From Hormiphora californensis (lineage: Eukaryota; Animalia; Ctenophora), in contig CM035362.1 in NCBI GenBank assembly GCA_020137815.1, forward strand, positions 5,828,001 through 5,892,000: 64,000 nt of DNA, read 5' to 3'. Positions 56,886-64,000 of this stretch are shown here, piece after piece. The stretch's first letter is position 1; every line of letters starts with the position of its first letter. The notes under the pieces are model-generated. The model had not been told where the DNA came from and did no database searches. It was given only the letters and a program-made list of their open reading frames with translations. Made by a program: the position numbers and the translations under genes.

Positions 56886-59113
56886 GAACGAGGGGCACGG
56901 AGAACACCTCCGGCAAGCATACGGATTCCAGGCAACAGATAACCCCTTTGCGAACCGGAACATAGTTTATCCAGTTGGTGTTGGGGATATTGATATGGAG
57001 GGTTGGAGTACCTTCCATCATACCGCCGCTTCTAATGACACTGCCGTGAGTAAACAACCAATCAGAACTCGTTATTTAGGTCACGAGACTGGTTATCAGC
57101 CAATCAGGGACCAGGGTTGGGTGGGAACTGGGGGGGGGGTTGGTGTTGGGGATATTGATATGGAGGGTTGGAGTACCTTCCATCATACCGCCGCTTCTAA
57201 TGACACTGCCGTGAGTAAACAACCAATCAGAACTCGTTATTTAGGTCACGAGACTGGTTATCAGCCAATCAGGGACCAGGGTTGGGGGGAACTGGGGGGT
57301 TGGTGTTGGGGATATTGATATGGAGGGATGGAGTACCTTCCATCATACCGCCGCTTCTAATGACACTGCCGTGAGTTAACAACCAATCAGAACTCGTTAT
57401 TTAGGTCACGTGACTGGTTATCAGCCAATCAGGGACCAGGGTTGGGTGGGAACTGGGGGGTTGGTGTTGGGGATATTGATATGGAGGGATGGAGTACCTT
57501 CCATCATACCGCCGCTTCTAATGACACTGCCGTGAGTAAACAACCAATCAGAACTCGTTATTTAGGTCACGTGACTGGTTATCAGCCAATCAGGAACCAG
57601 GGTTGGGGGAACTGGGGGGTTGGTGTTGGGGATATTGATATGGAGGGTTGGAGTACCTTCCATCATACCGCCGCTTCTAATGACACTGCCGTGAGTAAAC
57701 AACCAATCAGAACTCGTTATTTAGGTCACGTGACTGGTTATCAGCCAATCAGGGACCAGGGTTGGGTGGGAACTGGGGGGTTGGTGTTGGGGATATTGAT
57801 ATGGAGGGTTGGAGTACCTTCCATCATACCGCCGCTTCTAATGACACTGCCGTGAGTAAACAACCAATCAGAACTCGTTATTTAGGTCACGAGACTGGTT
57901 ATCAGCCAATCAGGGACCAGGGTTGGGTGGGAACTGGGGGGTTGGTGTTGGGGATATTGACACTGCCGTGAGTATAGTTTGCAGGAACCGACTGTAAACA
58001 AGTAAACAACCAATCAGAACTCGTTATTTATCAGCCAATCAGGGACCAGTATTTCCTGATTCGGTCAGTTCCTGATAGTTTGTCTGTGAATTATTTTTTG
58101 TCTGTTATAACAGACCACTGCGCTGGCAAAATTGACCACCCTTCCTCCACAGCTGCAAATTAAAACACTGATCCTAACCTGCCACAGGTGCTCAGTGACA
58201 TTATAAGCCAAGACGGATTCGAGCATTTGGAATCCCGGACCGAGATACTAGATGGACACCAGTTCACCCCTCTCCTCTGTGCGGTAAAGGGTGATGCCAC
58301 TGACACTTTTCACCTCTTAGTTAGTAGTGGAGCAGATATTGAGGCAAGGGATTGTAATGGTCTCGGTCTTGTCGAGGTATAGTGATCAGATGTTTTAATT
58401 GACCATGAATATGGGGTGATAATACATGTGACCAAAATCCAATATAATATGGCTTAAACTTAACTAAGGGATATTACTTTTTTACACATGGAATATTATG
58501 GTGATGATACATTTTACTAAATATGGCTAAGAGATATGCATTTTTGCCCATATATGGTCATTTTTTCAGATTGCTGTCAAGTTCAACTCGACTGAGGTGT
58601 TCAGCCACTTACTGGATCAGGGTTACGAGCACAAGGGTATCGATATTTGGGCAACTGTGCTCTCTCTGCTCTGTCAACGGGATCACCCTGACATGAGAGC
58701 TGCTGCCATGGAGGTAATATTATATGACCTTATTTGGTCGGATAATTATATGACCTTATTTGGTAATATTATAAACTAAATATGGTCACACCCCGATTAC
58801 CGGGATGCTCGGGGGTTTTTCCCGGTAAATTTAATCGGGGTGCCTGGGTCAAATACCGTTAATTTCCTATTTATCGGGGGAAGTTTATCCTCCCGGTAAA
58901 TTGGGATTCGGGTAAATCGGGGTTCCGGTAAATCGGGGTCCGACTTGTACATGTATGGTGCTGTAACTCTATGCCCATATATGGTATCTTTTTAGATGGT
59001 GGGTGAGATATTGTCACGGGATACGGATCACGTGACTGCATTTGTTACCCGTGGAGGACTCATTGCAGTGAAAGACATCCTGACTGACCTGGTGAATAGC
59101 TCCCGTAACAAAG
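56886..59113 (+). CDS. Ankyrin-repeat protein with following ARM-like helices (partial)
   Basis: Exons 56886-57045, 58188-58376, 58570-58713, 58996-59113: DMEGWSTFHHTAASND, FTPLLCAVKGD...GADIEARDCNG, FVTRGGLIAVKDIL. Start and 3' exons not found. Confidence 0.75.
56973..57972 (+). repeat. ~160-bp tandem array (6 units) of exon 3' end, donor site and MITE core
   Basis: Repeated ...aatgacactgcc|gtgagt aaacaaccaatcagaactcg...gggaccag ggttggg. Confidence 0.93.
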
Positions 59114-59120
59114 GTGAGTT

Positions 59121-59190
<70 letters not shown>

Positions 59191-59418
59191 CTTTCTCTCT
59201 CGGTACCACTACACGCAACCACTCCCGCATGGGGCCGTAAGGTCCCATGCGTGAGCAGGGTGAAATCCAAAGAGCCCGATACTTGGGTTCTCTATAGATT
59301 ATAGAGAGAGCAGAGAGATAGAGAGCAGAGAGAGAAGAGAGGAAGAGAGAGGAGGAGAGCTGAATGATAGCTAGATCGTATCTCGCGATAAGGAGAGAGC
59401 TCGCTCCTCTCTCTCTCC

Positions 59419-59468
<50 letters not shown>

Positions 59469-59585
59469 CCTGCTGTCTCTCTCGCTCTTTCTCTCTCTCG
59501 GTCCACTACATCGCACCACTCCCGCATGGGGCCGTAAGGTCCCATGCGTGAGCAGGGTTAAATCCCCCGAGCCCGGATCCTGTTG

Positions 59586-59640
<55 letters not shown>

Positions 59641-59643
<3 letters not shown>

Positions 59644-62600
59644 CTTTACCCATAGTTGTATCGATTACCCATAGTCGTATGGCTGATACGACTATGGGTA
59701 CTGCTGATACGACTATGGGTACCAGCCAGCGACATTACCCATAGTTGTATCAGAATTACCCATAGTCGTATGAAATTACCCATAGTTGTATCAGACACAA
59801 ATACAACTATGGGTAAATTTCCCAAATTACCCATAGTCGTATCGATGGCAATGGATCTGTTCTGTGAGCTTCAAAAATATGTACCCATAGTTGTATGAAG
59901 GTACCCATAGCTGTATTGCTCGGAGAGGAGCGGGAGAGAGGTGTAAATTTAGCACTTTTTACCCATAGTTGTATTATATTGAAATTGTGGGCGTTAAAAT
60001 TATTGCTTATTAGCGATAATAATTAGTAATAATTAGTAACATGAAATAATTACTATAACTATTAATATAACTATTTTTTTGTAATATCATAGCACCGTTT
60101 TGGTCACATTGGGGTCACTTTTGGATCAAATCGGAGTCATTTTGGGGTCAAATCGGGATCGTTTCGGGGTCAAATCGGGTTGTTTACGGGAGCGTTTTAA
60201 TGTCATTTCGGGGTCAAATCAGGCGTGTTTCGGAGTCATTTTGGGGTCAACTCAGGAGCATTTCAGGGTTGTTTGGGGGTCGAATCAGGGTCAAATTGGG
60301 GTTAAATCAGGGCCAATGCATTTAGCCCGAATGCTTCCGATTTTACCCCCATTCGACCCCGAAGACCGAAATTACCCCGAGACGCTCCGATCCCGACTCT
60401 CAAGTGAGTCATTAATTGGCCCTCCAAAACAACATATAGAAATGGAGGATAAATTATTGAGGTTGGGACATTTTTATTTCTTAAAGTGAGAGTGGACAGA
60501 ATCAGAATTGCACAAGTTTGACAAACTTAGTTTGTTGGAGGTCGTAGAGATAAGTTCTACGAGCATTTTGCCTTTTTGCCGCTCAAAATTGACCCATCCA
60601 TCACTAAGATATTTTGGTTACTCTCGGGGAATTCCTGCTGGATCAATATTTATCAAACAGGATAGAAACTAACAAATTCTAAAATTTTTAATATGCTGAA
60701 TTGCATTGCTCTGCTTCTGGACATGGACATGTCAATTCCTCACTGCTTATATTCAGAATGTGTTAGTAAAACACGACGATTGTTTCTATCCTGTTTGTTA
60801 CATACTGATTAAACAGGAATTCCCCGAGAGTAACAAAAATATCTCAGTGATGGATGGGTCGATTTCGAGCGGCAATAAGGCAAAATGCTCATAGAACTAA
60901 TCTCTACAACCTCCAACAAACTTGTCCAATTCTGATTTTGTCCACTCTCACTTTAAAAATAAATATCCTTTGGGGTGTTGTCAAAATTGGTCAATATGTC
61001 AAATTTCCCATTTTTAGGAGAGAAATTTTAACGGCCGCCGGTGTGTGCAGGTTTAAAATCAAAATTTTAATTTTAATTTTAACTTTGGTATGTGCTGAGT
61101 GCTGACCCCAATACCGGAGTCTAAGGTTCGAATTGCCAAGGTGCGTTAACCGAATTGCCCCCACCTAACAACACCAGTAGGAGATCCTCGTCTGGTATTG
61201 TGAGGACGTTCACGTGATTCCCACGTGAACTCCTATTGTTGTGGTCCGAATGTAATACTGTCAAACTTTACTCTTTTACTTACCCGGCCGAAGTCATTAT
61301 ATGTAAGAAATGTGTTCTGGTTATCCTTGGCAGGTTTGAATCAATGTCAGGTAAAAAGTACCATGCATGGCAGTACATACACTAAAGGCACTATGTAAAT
61401 ACATAACATGAACAATTCTATTTTTGGAAATTATGATAAATCAACGTTTTAGATACAGATCAGACTAGCGGATGGCCTATTTGAGACCGGTTTCGTGTCT
61501 AACACCGTTAAATCTCGCTTAGATATTGCTAAGCGCTAGTTTTTGACATTTTTGTCGAATCGGTTATGTTTCTCGCTTAGAAAAACTCCAAAGCGTAGCC
61601 CTCGCTTAGCGCTAAGCGGGAAGACCCATAGTCGTATAAGTGTTACCCATAGTCGTATTGCTGATACAACTATGGGTAATTTCCCCATACAACTATGGGT
61701 AGGTGTCTGCGATAGTACCCATAGTCGTATGGAATCCCCAAAATTACCCATAGTCGTATGAAAATGATACGACTATGGGTAAACCCCCATACGACTATGG
61801 GTAGTTGTATCACTGGATACGACTATGGGTAGCCGCTCATACGACTATGGGTATTCCCGCTTAGCGCTGAACGAGGGTTACGCTTTGGAGTTTCCTAAGC
61901 GAGAAACTTTCACGATTCGAAAAAAATCCAAATTTCAAATAATTTATGCTTGGCGATCTCTTAGAGAGGTTTTACGGCGTCTGAAACAAACCAGTCTCAA
62001 GTAGGCCCCCCACTAGTCTAATCTGTATCACAAATGTTGGTTACAACGTACAACTACGGGTCATCCCGCTTAGAGCTAAGCGGGGACTGTGCTTTGGGGA
62101 TTTTTTCAAAGTTTGATTTTCCAAAGCGGCGAAAGTTTGTAAAAGATTCTAGCAAATTTTAGCGAAGTTTTACCTTCTGACAAGTACAGAAACTCGGGAA
62201 CTAATTACATGATTCCAAACACACATCTCAAAATTACCCTTAGCCAAAATTACCCCCATCAGAATGTCGCTCGGCAATTTCCGCATTGGCTCGGTGATTG
62301 GTTCGGTAACAACAGGTGGTTTGCCGAACCAGTGGTTCGGAGAGTCAAGGAGGTCGCCGAAAACTTACCGCACAAGGACGCATGGCTCGGCAAACCACCT
62401 GTTGTTACCGAACCAATCACCGAGCCAATGCGGAAATTGCCGAGCGACATTCTGATGGGGGGCCTACTATTAAAGCCAAACTTTGATCAAAGTCTCGAGA
62501 TGCAGAAACTAGTGATTGTCCTAATTTAATGTGATACAGTTGAAACTTGAAAGCATCATGTAGTATGCACTACACTTAAAGCGACATGTTTAATGGTCAG

Positions 62601-64000
62601 GTATTCCTACCAAATCATGGATTAATATGGGGTAAGTAATCGGGTGAAGCGGTAGGGGATTGCATATCATGATTGCAGTAAACTAGGGTATAATAGTGGT
62701 AGGAGTACAAAATGATACATTCAATTGTATCACTCTTGATTAGGCCAACCACTAGTGTCTCGAAACTTGGTATGGCTAAGTATTTGTTCAGAGTAATCTT
62801 AATAAATAGGGGTTTATGGGCCAAATTTGCCCTACCCCGATTTAACGGACACCCCAATTTAACGGAAAAAAGCCCTTTCCCCCGATGGTGCCGTTAAATC
62901 CGGGTCCGACTGTATCACGTTATGTGTTCGTGAAACGGTAAAACCTCGCTAAAATTTCCTAAACATCGGTTTGAAATTTTCGTCATTTCTCGCTTAGAAT
63001 AATTCAAAATCATAGTTCCCGCTTAGAGTTAGCTCTAAGCGGGATGACCCATAATCGTATAAGGAGCTACCCATAGTCGTATCCAGTGATACAACTATGG
63101 GTACCATCACACATACCTACCCATGGTCGTATGGGGGATTACCCATAGTCGTATCATTTTTATACGACTATGGGTAGTTTTGTGGATTTCATACGACTAT
63201 GGGTACCATTGCAGACACTAACCCATAGTTGTATGGGGAGATTACCCATAGTCGTATCAGTGATACGACTATGGGTAACACATATACAACTATGGGTATT
63301 GCCGCTTAGCACTAAGCCAGGGCTACGCTTAGGAGTTTTTCTAAGCGATAAACTTTCTCAATTCGACAAAAATTTCAGATTTCAAATAATTGGTGCTTAA
63401 CAATTTCTTTAAAATATGTTTATCTCAATTAGTCTTTGTATCTACAACTACAGTCGAACCCTGATTTAACGGCACCCTCGGGGGAAAGGGTTGATGAATG
63501 AATGTTTATATGGACCAAATATGCTCTACCCTATTTTTGTCCAAAATTATATACTGAGACACCTTTAACTGTTATATGCACCTATGTGATGACATGATCA
63601 TTGCTGATTATAGATAAAACATTTAAAAGTAAATTTTTCAAAAGTAGTTTTTTGGAGATATACATACCAGCCACGCCCGATTCGTGTGTCGATTCGCATG
63701 CCCTGCAGCTAAATAGACGGTTCGAAACGAACCGATACGTGATACCATGCCGAATCAGGGTACACTAAGCGGCGTGAGGAATTATCAGCATTTTAAAATA
63801 ACTATTTCTCTAAAAATTCTTGTGGAGCACCAATCAAAGTATCGACAATCATTCTATAAAGTGTAAAATTTTGCAAAAACATGATTGTACTTTCAACTGT
63901 ATCACACTAGATTAGGACAACCACTAGTTTCTGCATCTCAAAGTTTGGCTTTAGTATAATTTTAGCTAAGGGTAATTTTGAGATGTGTGTTTGGATGCAT
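59641..64000. mobile_element. Complex of nested non-coding DNA-transposon/foldback elements with ACCCATAGTCGTAT subterminal-type repeats
   Basis: Dozens of acccatagt(c/t)gtat motifs in both orientations; inverted blocks 60470-60700 vs 60800-60960, 61530-61760 vs 63170-63400 and 62210-62545 vs 63890-63995. Confidence 0.75.
62253..62460. mobile_element. Young palindromic MITE with ~75-bp perfect arms
   Basis: cccccatcagaatgtcgctcggc...gccgagcgacattctgatggggg; an empty paralogous site lies at ~63950 on the opposite strand. Confidence 0.85.

Noticed and set aside
61620-63300. Motif-spacer-motif pattern as a CRISPR array
   Set aside because: The repeat is 14 bp, alternates orientation and has irregular short linkers; transposon-like.

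Overview
Intron-rich, repeat-rich eukaryotic (animal) genomic DNA. It is most likely a ctenophore such as Pleurobrachia; this is inferred from my recollection of the ~107-bp MITE that translates as [27 protein letters not shown] and was not verified. Genes reconstructed by hand from GT-AG exons: two tandem copies of a sushi/CCP-domain gene (+); a PIWI-family gene (-) that the ORF track misses almost entirely and that stops resembling PIWI at the start of PAZ; STK16 (-); CCT3 (+); an 81-aa secreted prepropeptide gene with a TATA box (-); a polypeptide GalNAc-transferase (-) with an unusual ~280-aa charged C-terminal tail and a LicD/fukutin-family gene nested on the same strand in one intron; an ankyrin/ARM-like gene (+, partial); and three orphan genes. 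Introns and spacers hold many hAT-, pogo-, Harbinger- and MULE-type MITEs and foldback elements with readable TSDs, an ORF1-only LINE-like element, a CRE-type endonuclease fragment, satellites and microsatellites. Best leads: the N/L1-only PIWI gene, the nested LicD gene (phase-compatible with a GALNT-LicD fusion), the secreted amphipathic peptide, a MITE insertion whose TSD creates a removable intron, and repeated duplication of exon ends together with their splice sites. All exon structures are manual inferences without RNA evidence.
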